Assembly (NCBI GenBank): GCA_963728915.1
Contig: CAVSLV010000002.1
Span: 320,001 to 384,000 of the forward strand
Source of the DNA: an uncultured Gemmatimonadales bacterium
GTDB taxonomy: Bacteria > Gemmatimonadota > Gemmatimonadetes > Gemmatimonadales > GWC2-71-9
Length of the DNA stretch: 64,000 nucleotides
Direction: 5' to 3'
In this document: positions 1 to 8,922 of the stretch, one piece after another
Numbering within the stretch: the first letter of the stretch is position 1
Layout of the letters: each line of letters begins with the position of its first letter
The notes under the pieces: model-generated
Database searches by the model: none
What the model was told of the DNA's origin: nothing
What the model saw: only the letters and a program-made list of their open reading frames with translations
Translations under genes and position numbers: made by a program

Positions 1-332
1 CCCGGGGTGATTCCGACCTGCTGGAACAGATCCTCCTCAATCTCTTCAAGAACGCCCTGGATGCGATGCCCGAGGGAGGCGAATTGCGGATCGGCGTCGG
101 GAAGGAAGGCGCCCATGCGTGGCTGACGGTGCATGACAGCGGACCCGGAATCAGTCAGGAAATCAAGGATCACTTGTTTCATCCGTTCGCTACCTCCAAG
201 GGACCGTCAGGAACCGGGCTGGGACTCACCGTCAGCCGGCGGCTGGCACGAACGCTTGGGGGAGATCTGGTGCTGGAACCCGGCGGCCAGGGAACCTGCT
301 GGCGACTCACCCTGCCGCTGGAGCGATCATGA
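1..332 (+). CDS. Sensor histidine kinase, C-terminal HATPase_c domain (5' truncated by window edge)
   Basis: Contains N box (EQILLNLFKNALDA), G1 (DSGPGI), F (LFHPF) and G2 (GTGLGL) motifs. The stop overlaps the start of the response regulator. Confidence 0.9.
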   Translation, partial: RGDSDLLEQILLNLFKNALDAMPEGGELRIGVGKEGAHAWLTVHDSGPGISQEIKDHLFHPFATSKGPSGTGLGLTVSRRLARTLGGDLVLEPGGQGTCWRLTLPLERS

Positions 333-1711
333 TCCGGACCGATCCGGTTGGTCGCCTGCTGCTCGTCGACGACGACGAAGAGGCGGGTCGAATGCTGGCC
401 GAGGCCCTCGGGCGCGAGGGGTATGAAATTCATCGTGCCTTGTCGGTCAAGGATGCGCTGGGCGCCATCGGCCACGCACCGGCGCCGTTCGATGCCGTGC
501 TCACCGATCTCCGCATGCCGGAAGCGAGCGGTCTTGATCTGGTGCGAGAGGTCCGACGGCGCGACCCGCGGGCACTGGTATTCGTGCTGACGGCATTTGG
601 TGAGGCGGCAGCGGCGGGTGAGGCGATTCAGGCCGGCGCCTACGATTTCATTTCCAAGCCCTATGACCTTGGCGCTCTGCGCCAGGCGATCCGCCAGGCG
701 CTCGATCGGCGCAGCCGGGTGGCCGTGCGGCAGGAGGGGCACGACCTGGCGCCTCAGGGGACTCCCATCATCGTGGGGCACAGTCCGGCCATCATCGAGG
801 TCATGAAGACCGTTGGGCGGGTGTCCCGAAGCCAGGCCACCGTCCTCATTACCGGCGAAACCGGCACCGGGAAGGAGCTGATCGCCCGGGCCATTCACAG
901 TTATTCCGACCGCAGCGCCAACCGGTTCGTGGCGATCAACTGCTCCGCCCTGGCGGAAGGCGTGCTGGAGAGCGAGCTGTTCGGCCACGTCCGGGGCGCG
1001 TTCACCGGAGCCGCGCTCACCCGGGCGGGGCTGTTCCGGGAGGCGGACCGCGGTACGGTCTTCCTCGATGAGATCGGCGACGTCTCACCGGCTCTGCAGA
1101 CCCGGCTTCTCCGCGTCCTCCAGGAACGGGAAATCACTCCGGTGGGATCGGACACTCCGGTGCGGGTCGACGTGCGGGTGCTCGCGGCGACTCATCAGGA
1201 TCTCGAGTCGCTGGTCAAGCAAGGCCGCTTTCGCGAGGACCTGCTCTACCGGCTGGACGTGGTGCGGATCGAGCTTCCTCCACTTCGAAGCCGGCAACAG
1301 GATATTCCGTTGCTCATCTATCATTTCCTGGGCCGGCTCGCCGCCGAACATGGCCGGGAGCCGATCGCGCTGGACTCTGAGGCCGAGGCGCTTCTGCTCC
1401 AGTATTCCTGGCCGGGAAATATCCGGGAGCTTCAGAACGTGCTGGAGCGTGCCATCGTTCTGGCGGCACAGGGAGTGATCGGCCCCGAGCATCTTCCCGC
1501 GGACTTCGGGGAAACGCCATCCCTCCCGGCCGAGGCCCCTTCGCTTCTTCCACTCTCCGAGGTCGAGAAGCGGCACGTCCTGAGGATCCTGGCCCAATCC
1601 GGGGGGAACCGGGAACACGCTGCGAGGATCCTGGGGATCTCCCGCCGGACACTGGTCCGCATGCTCCAGCGTTGGGGAGCCGCTCCGGACCAATCGGACA
1701 AAGCGCCGTGA
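329..1711 (+). CDS. Sigma54-dependent response regulator (NtrC/AtoC/ZraR family bEBP)
   Basis: Receiver domain (LLVDDD, DLRMP, ISKP), AAA+ Walker A GETGTGKE, ESELFGH..GAFTGA loop, WPGNIREL, and a C-terminal Fis-type HTH. Confidence 0.95.
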   Translation: MIRTDPVGRLLLVDDDEEAGRMLAEALGREGYEIHRALSVKDALGAIGHAPAPFDAVLTDLRMPEASGLDLVREVRRRDPRALVFVLTAFGEAAAAGEAIQAGAYDFISKPYDLGALRQAIRQALDRRSRVAVRQEGHDLAPQGTPIIVGHSPAIIEVMKTVGRVSRSQATVLITGETGTGKELIARAIHSYSDRSANRFVAINCSALAEGVLESELFGHVRGAFTGAALTRAGLFREADRGTVFLDEIGDVSPALQTRLLRVLQEREITPVGSDTPVRVDVRVLAATHQDLESLVKQGRFREDLLYRLDVVRIELPPLRSRQQDIPLLIYHFLGRLAAEHGREPIALDSEAEALLLQYSWPGNIRELQNVLERAIVLAAQGVIGPEHLPADFGETPSLPAEAPSLLPLSEVEKRHVLRILAQSGGNREHAARILGISRRTLVRMLQRWGAAPDQSDKAP

Positions 1712-1742
1712 CAACCTGACCCGGCCGGGTCAGGTTGTCACG
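1707..1742. promoter_or_regulatory. Perfect 36-bp palindrome; candidate bEBP upstream activator site (or terminator-like hairpin)
   Basis: CGTGACAACCTGACCCGG/CCGGGTCAGGTTGTCACG is a perfect inverted repeat. It ends about 50 bp upstream of a -24/-12 motif. Confidence 0.6.
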
Positions 1743-1792
1743 ACCGCAGCCGTCTTCCGCTTCCGTTGAGGCGCCGGAAGCACTTTTCCGTG

Positions 1793-1808
1793 AGGCATAC
1801 CGGTTGCT
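1793..1808 (+). promoter_or_regulatory. Sigma54 (-24/-12) promoter
   Basis: AGGCATACCGGTTGCT fits GG-N10-GC with TTGC at -12. It lies upstream of the PepSY gene and next to a bEBP gene. Confidence 0.7.
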
Positions 1809-1894
1809 CTTGGCAAGGTGGCGCCGTCGAGCTCGGCAGCCACGGGCTTCGCCCAGGACCTCTCATGGCTCGATCCAACCGGGAGCAATCGTCT

Positions 1895-2335
1895 ATGCTT
1901 CAGAGAATCTCGTCGCTGGTTTTTGGCCTCGCGATCGTGGGCAGTGCTGTGGCGGCTCAGGGCCAGCCCGCCAAACCCGCTCCAAAGCCGGCCCCACCTC
2001 CTTCCACTCAGCCGGTGAAACCGACCAATCAGGTGGCGATGCACACCGCGACCCACAAGGTGCACGAATCCACGCCCGGCCTGCTCAAGCAGGCCAAGAT
2101 CACTCCGGAAGCCGCTGAACAGACCGCCATGGGCGCCGTGGCAGGCGGAACGGTGTCTTCCCGGATGATCACGAAAGACAAGACGAACCTAGTCTACGTG
2201 TTCAACATCAAGACCAGCGGGAAAGACGGGTACGATCGAGTTACGGTCGATGCGATGACCGGTGCGCTGGGATCCAACACGCACCATTCGGGATCGGCGA
2301 AGAAGCCGCCCGCTTCGCCCAAGAAGCCGAGCTGA
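1895..2335 (+). CDS. Secreted PepSY-domain protein
   Basis: Signal peptide (MLQRISSLVFGLAIVGSAVAAQ), Pro-rich linker, and PepSY pattern AKITPEAAEQTA...LVYVFNI...VTVDAMTG. Confidence 0.75.
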   Translation: MLQRISSLVFGLAIVGSAVAAQGQPAKPAPKPAPPPSTQPVKPTNQVAMHTATHKVHESTPGLLKQAKITPEAAEQTAMGAVAGGTVSSRMITKDKTNLVYVFNIKTSGKDGYDRVTVDAMTGALGSNTHHSGSAKKPPASPKKPS

Positions 2336-2353
2336 GGAGGCTGGACGGTCTAC

Positions 2354-2824
2354 CTACCGCAGCGCCGCTTCGATTTCGGCCTTGGTCACCGCCCGGGGAA
2401 AGGCGCCCTCCCGTCCTTTCTCGGTGGGAACCTCGATCCCGCTCACCCGGCCGTCCTCCCCGATCCGCACCATCGCCTGAGCGACGCCGCCGTGCTCGCC
2501 CTGGGACACCGTGATCACCAGGACCCAGCGGCCCCGATCGCCCCACTGATTCCTGAGCGCGAACGCCCCGGTCTGGCTGGTGCGGGCAAAGTTGAGGGAA
2601 ACGCTTCGGCGCTGACCGTTGACGATTCCTTCCGCGGTACCGCTCACCGGCAGGGGAAGCGCGGTGCCGTGATGGAAGGCGTGCACCACGAGAAAAGCTC
2701 CCCGGGTTTCCGCGTCGAAGGGGTTGGCGGGCAGTTCGATCGAGATCCAGGGCGGGCCCTTGGCCAGGGCGACCGCGGGCAGGGCGAACGACGTCAGCAG
2801 GGCCAGGATGAGTCGGCGGGACAT
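2354..2824 (-). CDS. Secreted hypothetical protein
   Basis: Signal peptide ending in ALA, GC3-biased ORF, and an ECF-type promoter motif upstream. Confidence 0.7.
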   Translation of the reverse strand: MSRRLILALLTSFALPAVALAKGPPWISIELPANPFDAETRGAFLVVHAFHHGTALPLPVSGTAEGIVNGQRRSVSLNFARTSQTGAFALRNQWGDRGRWVLVITVSQGEHGGVAQAMVRIGEDGRVSGIEVPTEKGREGAFPRAVTKAEIEAALR

Positions 2825-2852
2825 AACACGCTCCGGGATGAAGGTACTTCTG

Positions 2853-2878
2853 GGATGCCGGAACGGGCCGCCCGGTTT
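2853..2878 (-). promoter_or_regulatory. Putative ECF sigma promoter, copy 2 (AAACC-N14-GGCATCC)
   Basis: Minus strand reads AAACCGGGCGGCCCGTTCCGGCATCC, with the same boxes and spacing as 4984-5009. Confidence 0.6.
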
Positions 2879-2884
2879 GAAGCC

Positions 2885-3760
2885 CTACTCGCCGATGATC
2901 CGGATGCCTCCCTTGAAGGAGCGGATCACCACGTTCGCGCCGCCTCCCCCGTTGCCGAAAAACAGGGGTTTGCCCCGGACCGATTTGGGGAACGGCCCTT
3001 TGGGGGACAGCGCCACCTGCACGACCCCGTCGATCGAATGGAGATCGAACTCCGCGCCGGTATCGTGGGGGAGCCGGAGCTCCACATCCCCGCTGTGGGT
3101 CTGGATGTCGAGGCTGCCGCGACGGTCGAGCCTGCCCTGGTAGACCACCGAGCCGGAAACGGTTTCGATCTGCGCGCTCGACACCCCGGCGCCGAGCAGG
3201 GACACCGGCCCGCCGACGGTCGAAACGGTGAGGTCGCCGGTGGGCTGGGTCAGCTCGACCTGGCCGCCCCCGGTCCTGACCCGGGTGATCTGCGATCCGC
3301 CGGCGAGGGTGACGGCGCCATCCAGGGTTTCCGCGCTCAGGACCCGGAGGCCGCCGGTCACCTTGATGGAGCCCGCCACCGTCACCAGATCCGCCTCCCC
3401 GGAAAGACCCGACGCCTCGATCCATCCTTCGAGAGTCTTGACCCAGACCCGGGCGCCGGCGGGCACCCGGACCTCGAGCTCGCCTAACCCGCTGGCCGGG
3501 ACCTTCTCGTCCCGCTCGATGCCCAGCTTGGCGAGCCGCCCATTGGCTCCGCCGAAGAAACTGGTGCCCGGAGGAGCGAACCCGGTCACCACGATGCTGT
3601 CCCGGTCCCACCCGATGACCCGGGTATTGCCGGCCAGGTTGTTGATCCGGATCGAGGCGTCGGAATCCACCGCGAACCGCCGATCGATCTTCTGCTGCGC
3701 CGTCAGCGGGACAGCGAGGACGGTGAGGACGGTGAGGACGGACCCGGCGAGGCGCTTCAT
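2885..3760 (-). CDS. DUF4097/putative-adhesin beta-strand-repeat protein, secreted
   Basis: Signal peptide MKRLAGSVLTVLTVLAVPLTAQQ and repeated T/S-x-x-G-x-V/I beta repeats. The ATG overlaps the anti-sigma stop. Confidence 0.8.
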   Translation of the reverse strand: MKRLAGSVLTVLTVLAVPLTAQQKIDRRFAVDSDASIRINNLAGNTRVIGWDRDSIVVTGFAPPGTSFFGGANGRLAKLGIERDEKVPASGLGELEVRVPAGARVWVKTLEGWIEASGLSGEADLVTVAGSIKVTGGLRVLSAETLDGAVTLAGGSQITRVRTGGGQVELTQPTGDLTVSTVGGPVSLLGAGVSSAQIETVSGSVVYQGRLDRRGSLDIQTHSGDVELRLPHDTGAEFDLHSIDGVVQVALSPKGPFPKSVRGKPLFFGNGGGGANVVIRSFKGGIRIIGE

Positions 3761-4377
3761 GACGCGGGAGCGAGCTCGGTGGCTCGCCGGAGGTAGTCGA
3801 TCTTCTGCCGCCACACCGTCACCAGGACCTGCTCCAACGCCCGATTCCGGGGATCCGCCTGGAGCGCGCGGCGCGACTCGGCCAGCGCGCTGTCGATGAC
3901 CCGGAGGTTTCGTTCGATCACCGCGACCGTGGCGGGGGCCAGCAGACCCTTGGCTCTCGACAACTCGGTGTCCAGGTCGGCGCTGGCCGAGGCATACTGG
4001 GCTTCGAGCTGAGCCATGGAGGCTTCCGGCGCCGGCGCCGCGCCGCCGCTCTGACGAAGCAGCAGGGCGGTCGCCCCCACGGAGACAGCCACCAGCAGAA
4101 TGGCCGCCGCGGCCAGCATCCAGGAAGGCATCCGTACTACCCGGCGTCCGGCGCCTCGCGGCGCGATCCCCATCTTGATTCCCTGCCACACCAGGCGAGG
4201 AGGCTCGATCGACCGGGGCAGTCCGGCCACTTCCGGCAGGCACGGAGCCAGGGACTCGAGGAGCGCGCCGCAGTCCTCGCAGGTGGAAAGGTGCGCCTCA
4301 AATGCGGCCGTCACCTCACTGGACAGTGTCCCGCGCATGTAGCCATCCAGTCGTTCCCGCAGCTCGGCGCAGGTCAT
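3757..4377 (-). CDS. zf-HC2 (ZAS) transmembrane anti-sigma factor
   Basis: HLSTCEDC (HxxxCxxC) motif and a single TM helix. Translationally coupled to the ECF sigma gene. Confidence 0.88.
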   Translation of the reverse strand: MTCAELRERLDGYMRGTLSSEVTAAFEAHLSTCEDCGALLESLAPCLPEVAGLPRSIEPPRLVWQGIKMGIAPRGAGRRVVRMPSWMLAAAAILLVAVSVGATALLLRQSGGAAPAPEASMAQLEAQYASASADLDTELSRAKGLLAPATVAVIERNLRVIDSALAESRRALQADPRNRALEQVLVTVWRQKIDYLRRATELAPAS

Positions 4378-4976
4378 CGGCTGAGGGCCTCCCGGAGCAA
4401 CCGCCGGGCGCGGAACAGCTGGGCCTTGCAGGTGCCCTCCGCCACCCCGATCATGCGGGCGATTTCCCCGTGCTGATATCCCTCGACATCGTGCAGCACG
4501 AATACGGTGCGCGCTCCTTCCGGTAGACCGGCGATGGCCCGTTCCAGATCGATCCGGATCGGGTCGGGCGCCCAGCGGCCTTGGGTCTCGAGCAGCTCCG
4601 GGCCGTCCGTCGTAACGACCCTTCGCTCCCGGCGACCGCTCGAGCGTCGCTCACCGAGAAATACATTCACGGCGAGCCGGTGAATCCAGCTGGACAGCGC
4701 ACTCTCCCCTCGAAACGATGGCAGTGCTTCCCAGACCCGCACGAACACATCCTGGGTCAGCTCTTCCGCCGCCACCGCTTCGCCGGCCAGCCGGAGGCAG
4801 AGCGCATGCACCCTCCCCGCGTGCTCCCGATAGAGGCTCCCGAAAGCGACCTCATCTCCCCCCTGGGCCTTCCGAACCAGGTCGCTCACGGACGCCCGGC
4901 TCTCCGGGGCGGCCTTGCTGAGGCCCGGGAGCCCGGCGGAGCGTCGATCAAGCGGGGCGAGGACGGCATTGCACAC
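4374..4976 (-). CDS. ECF RNA polymerase sigma factor (start uncertain: GTG 4976 or GTG 4889)
   Basis: Region 2 (AEELTQDVFVRVW, SWIHRLAVN) and region 4 (HDVEGYQHGEIARMIGVAEGTCKAQLFRAR). Confidence 0.9.
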   Translation of the reverse strand: MCNAVLAPLDRRSAGLPGLSKAAPESRASVSDLVRKAQGGDEVAFGSLYREHAGRVHALCLRLAGEAVAAEELTQDVFVRVWEALPSFRGESALSSWIHRLAVNVFLGERRSSGRRERRVVTTDGPELLETQGRWAPDPIRIDLERAIAGLPEGARTVFVLHDVEGYQHGEIARMIGVAEGTCKAQLFRARRLLREALSR

Positions 4977-4983
4977 GAGGGTA

Positions 4984-5009
4984 GGATGCCGGCCGGCCCG
5001 ACCGGGTTT
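4984..5009 (-). promoter_or_regulatory. Putative autoregulatory ECF promoter, copy 1 (AAACC-N14-GGCATCC)
   Basis: Minus strand reads AAACCCGGTCGGGCCGGCCGGCATCC, ending 7 nt before an in-frame GTG (4976) of the sigma gene. Confidence 0.6.
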
Positions 5010-6315
5010 ATGCCGGGGCGATCTCGACGGGTTCCTCGATGACCCCCGTAGAAGACGACGGGGCCTTGCGTTCCCGGAACAAGGCCCAGAAAAAGACCGC
5101 GGCGCCAAGCCCGATCAGGGAAACCACCCGCCAGAGCGCGGCGTAATCGACCTGTCCTCCGACATTGGCGTAGCTATCGGCCAGCCATCCCGACAGAACC
5201 CCACCGAGCACCGGACCACCTCCCAGGATCAGAATGCCGAATACCGTCTGGGCCGAGTGGCGCACGTCGGGAGGCGCGACCCGATCGGTGTAGATGTAGG
5301 CCCCCGCGAAGAAGCAGGCATAGCAGATCCCGTGGAGGAACTGACTGCCGACCAGGACCTCGACCGGGAGGGAGGGGAAGCTCCAGATCAGGTAGCGAAT
5401 GAAATAGGCGAACGCGCCGATCGCGATGACGGCCCGGAACCCCAATCGCACCAGGAGAAAACCGAGCAGCGCCATCACGATGATCTCGCTGAATTGTCCG
5501 ATCGTCATCGCGGGCCCGATCTGGCTGTCCAGCAGGCCAAGGTGCGAGAAGAACGGCGGGGTTTGCAGAAAGTACACCTGATGAATGACGCTGATCGGCA
5601 GGCTGGCCGCGACCAGAATCGCGAACGAGCGCACCCGAAGCAATCCAAATGCCTTGGCGAACGCCAGCGGCTCCACGCCGTCGCGCTTGGGCGGCGTGTG
5701 GGGGAGGGCAAAGCAGAAGAGCGCGTATCCCCACGAGATGAAGGCCGAGAACCGGAGCGAATCGGCCAGCCGGTGGGTCACGTTGGGGAGCTCGGGGCCC
5801 ACCAGGAAGGGCGGCATCCAGGAGAGGTGCAGCCCGGTCTGGAGGTAGATCATCGGAAAAATCCAGCTCGCCGCAATCCATCCGATGGTGCCCCACACGC
5901 GGATCCGGCCGAAGTCACGATCCCGGTTGGTAAGATGGGCAAAGGCCATCGAGTTGGAGAGCGCCAGCGTCGGCATGTACACGATGCTGTACGCGATCGA
6001 GAGGAGGAGCCACGCTCCGAAGCCGGTCTGGGAGGCGGTCACCCACTTCACCACCCCGCCCAGCGCGAGCAGGAACGCCAGGAACCGTTCGGTGCTGAAT
6101 CGCCGGTCGGCGAACTGGCCCGCGATGAACGGGGCGGCCATGGCCCCGATCGAGCCGGCCAGACCGAGGATGGTCCCCATCTGGGTCCCGGTGAACCCTA
6201 ACCCGCCTTCCCCGGTGCTCGCGGTGAGGTAGCGCGCCGCGAGGGGCAGCCAGGCGCCCCACACCGCGTACTGGAGAAACATCATCAGGGAGAGACGGCC
6301 GACGTTGGGCTTCAT
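5008..6315 (-). CDS. MFS transporter, nucleoside:H+ symporter (NupG/XapB-like)
   Basis: RLSLMMFLQYAVWGAW, GQFADRRF, RIRVWGTIGWI and MTIGQFSE motifs; about 12 TM segments. Confidence 0.88.
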   Translation of the reverse strand: MKPNVGRLSLMMFLQYAVWGAWLPLAARYLTASTGEGGLGFTGTQMGTILGLAGSIGAMAAPFIAGQFADRRFSTERFLAFLLALGGVVKWVTASQTGFGAWLLLSIAYSIVYMPTLALSNSMAFAHLTNRDRDFGRIRVWGTIGWIAASWIFPMIYLQTGLHLSWMPPFLVGPELPNVTHRLADSLRFSAFISWGYALFCFALPHTPPKRDGVEPLAFAKAFGLLRVRSFAILVAASLPISVIHQVYFLQTPPFFSHLGLLDSQIGPAMTIGQFSEIIVMALLGFLLVRLGFRAVIAIGAFAYFIRYLIWSFPSLPVEVLVGSQFLHGICYACFFAGAYIYTDRVAPPDVRHSAQTVFGILILGGGPVLGGVLSGWLADSYANVGGQVDYAALWRVVSLIGLGAAVFFWALFRERKAPSSSTGVIEEPVEIAPA

Positions 6316-6330
6316 GGACTCCACCTCATC

Positions 6331-7659
6331 TCATTTCCTCCCGAGCTCGAGGACCACGACGCGGTCGGGCGTTCCCGCCGGGAGGGTCGGCAGGTGAAGA
6401 ACGATCCCACCCGGCTCCTCCCCTGCCCTGATCGGTTGTCCGGTGGACAGCAGGCTCGCCCGGCGGATCGGCGCGCCGACCCCCGGGATCACCAGCAGGG
6501 AGTCGGGCCAGGAGAGCAGATGCACGAACACCGTGTCGCCCCGGCGGGTGGTGATTCCCCACGGATGCGGAGGAATCGGCCCGCCCCGGGTCCCATAGAT
6601 CGACCTGCCATAGGTTCGCAGCCACTCGCCCAGCCCCTGTAACCGCTCGACCGCTTCAGGCTGGATCGTCCCATCCGGTCGGGGCCCGATGTTGAGCAGC
6701 AGGTTTGCGTCACTCCCGGCGGCGCGGACCAGGTAGTGAATCAGCTGATCCACCGACTTGAAGGCCGGATCGGTGAGATTGTATCCCCATGAGTTGTTGA
6801 TGGTAAGAGAGGTCTCGAGCGGCAACGATCCGATCGTCGTGGTATTGAAGCCGGCCGTGTTCGCCCCGGGAAGATCCTGCTCGAAGGTCTGGACGTCCTC
6901 ACCGGGAAGCGGCGACTGATGGTGGTTGGGGATGATCAGAGCGGCCGGCTGAAGCCGGTGGATCAACGCATAGGTCCGGGTAAGCCGCCAGTCCGCATCG
7001 GGCTTGTCCCACATCCCGTCGAACCAGATCCCGCCGATCGGGCCGTACTCGGTGAGCAATTCCTCGAGCTGCGCGTCCAGAAAGTCGAGGTAGCGGTTCC
7101 AGTCCCCCGATTCGGGACGCCCGGTTCCCCTTCCGGTGTTGCCGCGGGGCCAGTAGTCGGGATGGTGCCAGTCGAGCTGGGAGTAGTAGAAGAAGAGCTT
7201 GAGCCCCTGCCGGCGGCATTCCTCCGCCAGCTCCTTCAAGGGATCCCGCTTGAACGGGGTCCAGTCCACCACGTTGTATCGAGTGACCTGACTCCCGAAC
7301 ATCGAGAAGCCGTCGTGGTGCCGCGCGGTGATGGTGATGTATCGCATGCCCGCCGCCTTGGCGAGCGCAACCCACCCCGCGGCGTCGAACTTCACCGGAT
7401 TGAACGTCGAGGCGAGCCACTCGTAGGTCCCCACCGGAATGTTCCGGTTCTGCATCACCCATTCGCCCTGGCCGAGCAGGCTGTACACTCCCCAATGGAT
7501 GAACATCCCGAACCGCGCGTCCCGGAACCATTCGCGCGCCGCGATCCGTTCCGCGGGAATGGAAACCTCCTGCGAGGCGGCGGTCCGAAGCGGGGCCCCA
7601 AGCAGAACCCCCGCGATCAGGAGTGCACCGACTCTGTCCGCCGGAGCCGAGCGAGGCAT
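6331..7659 (-). CDS. Alpha-L-fucosidase (GH29), secreted
   Basis: WFRDARFGMFIHWG, RHHDGF, IWFDG nucleophile and LLLNIGP motifs. Confidence 0.92.
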   Translation of the reverse strand: MPRSAPADRVGALLIAGVLLGAPLRTAASQEVSIPAERIAAREWFRDARFGMFIHWGVYSLLGQGEWVMQNRNIPVGTYEWLASTFNPVKFDAAGWVALAKAAGMRYITITARHHDGFSMFGSQVTRYNVVDWTPFKRDPLKELAEECRRQGLKLFFYYSQLDWHHPDYWPRGNTGRGTGRPESGDWNRYLDFLDAQLEELLTEYGPIGGIWFDGMWDKPDADWRLTRTYALIHRLQPAALIIPNHHQSPLPGEDVQTFEQDLPGANTAGFNTTTIGSLPLETSLTINNSWGYNLTDPAFKSVDQLIHYLVRAAGSDANLLLNIGPRPDGTIQPEAVERLQGLGEWLRTYGRSIYGTRGGPIPPHPWGITTRRGDTVFVHLLSWPDSLLVIPGVGAPIRRASLLSTGQPIRAGEEPGGIVLHLPTLPAGTPDRVVVLELGRK

Positions 7660-8898
7660 CTAGGGCCGCCAGGTTCCTTTCGCGACTTTCGGAACGAATC
7701 GATCGAGGCCCGGTGGCGGGAACCGGAGCGTCTTGCCCTGCTCGGCGCTTCGATAGGCCGTCATCAGCAGCTTGACGACATCCAGTCCATCCTGGAACGT
7801 GAGCCGGGGTTTCTCTTTGCCGAGAAACACCCGGGTGAAATGACGGTCCTCGCCCTCATATCCATAGGCGACCGCCTCATTCGGGACCACCGGCATCTGC
7901 CCGACCTCGGCGTTCTGCTTCTCGACCAGGTCTTCGCCCGCCTTGCCCTTCACTTCGCGGCTGAAGAAGAGCCGGAGGCCGGGATCGAGACTGTTCCAGC
8001 TCATCGAGTATTCGGGACCGAGCAGCTCCGCGCTCAGCCTCAGTCCCGCCCCGATGAAGCTCCACGAGGTGGTGGCTTCCCCGAAGACGGTCTGGCCTTC
8101 CCGGGTCCGGAATTCGATGGTGACGCTGGCGAAATCCTCCGCGGGCTCCCGGAGATAGTCGGCGCCCATGTCGCGCTTCAGCTTCCGCGCGTATATCGGC
8201 TGGGTCCACTTGAGGCTCGCGATGTGACCCGTCACCCGCACCGGCTTGACCGTAGAGAGCGGCGCGCCCGGTTTGGTCAGCAGATGCCGCACCACCAGCG
8301 CCGAGTGGCACATCATGTCGTTCAAGACACCGCCGCCCTGAAGCTTGCCTCGCCAGAACCACGGCATGTGCGGGCCGCTGTGTTCTTCCGCCGCGCGCGC
8401 CAGGTAGGGCCGCCCGGTGATCGCCGCACCCCGCGCCCACAAGAGCTCCTTGCCCCGTTCGACCGCGGGGGCGAAGAGCTGATTCTCGAGGTAGCCGGTC
8501 GCGAGCCGGGCCTGCTTGGCGAGCTCGATGACCCGTTTCGCCTCCTCCACGTTCCGGGCCAGGGGCTTTTCGCAGGCGATGCCGCGCAGGCTGCCCTTGC
8601 CGCGCGCGATGGCCGACGCGATCTCCTCCAGGTTGTCGACCCGGGCCTGGTTGGGCGAGCAGATCCAGAGCGCGTCGATCGCGGGATTCCGGATCAGGTC
8701 GGTGATCGAGCGGTACGCCCTGCAGTCCCCAATGTCGAGAGACCGGGCATAGGCGGCGGCGGCTCGTGCATGCCCGGCATTCGGACTCCAGACGCCGAGG
8801 ACGTCGGCGTCCCGCACGCCGTTCCAGGACAGCATGTGAAAGCGGGCATTGAATCCGCTCCCGATGAAGCCGACCCCCAATCGCCTATTCGATGGCAT
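7660..8898 (-). CDS. Gfo/Idh/MocA family oxidoreductase
   Basis: GFIGSGF Rossmann motif, CEKPLA, and GGGVLNDMMCH. Confidence 0.9.
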   Translation of the reverse strand: MPSNRRLGVGFIGSGFNARFHMLSWNGVRDADVLGVWSPNAGHARAAAAYARSLDIGDCRAYRSITDLIRNPAIDALWICSPNQARVDNLEEIASAIARGKGSLRGIACEKPLARNVEEAKRVIELAKQARLATGYLENQLFAPAVERGKELLWARGAAITGRPYLARAAEEHSGPHMPWFWRGKLQGGGVLNDMMCHSALVVRHLLTKPGAPLSTVKPVRVTGHIASLKWTQPIYARKLKRDMGADYLREPAEDFASVTIEFRTREGQTVFGEATTSWSFIGAGLRLSAELLGPEYSMSWNSLDPGLRLFFSREVKGKAGEDLVEKQNAEVGQMPVVPNEAVAYGYEGEDRHFTRVFLGKEKPRLTFQDGLDVVKLLMTAYRSAEQGKTLRFPPPGLDRFVPKVAKGTWRP

Positions 8899-8922
8899 GA
8901 TGTCTCCCGAAGGCGCCAGGAC

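Noticed and set aside
3716..3741. 9-bp in-frame repeats in signal peptides (3716-3741 LTVLTVL; about 23567-23592 LTPLTPLAP) as a functional repeat system
   Set aside because: They are short, in-frame and unrelated in sequence to each other, and are adequately explained by slippage in low-constraint signal regions.
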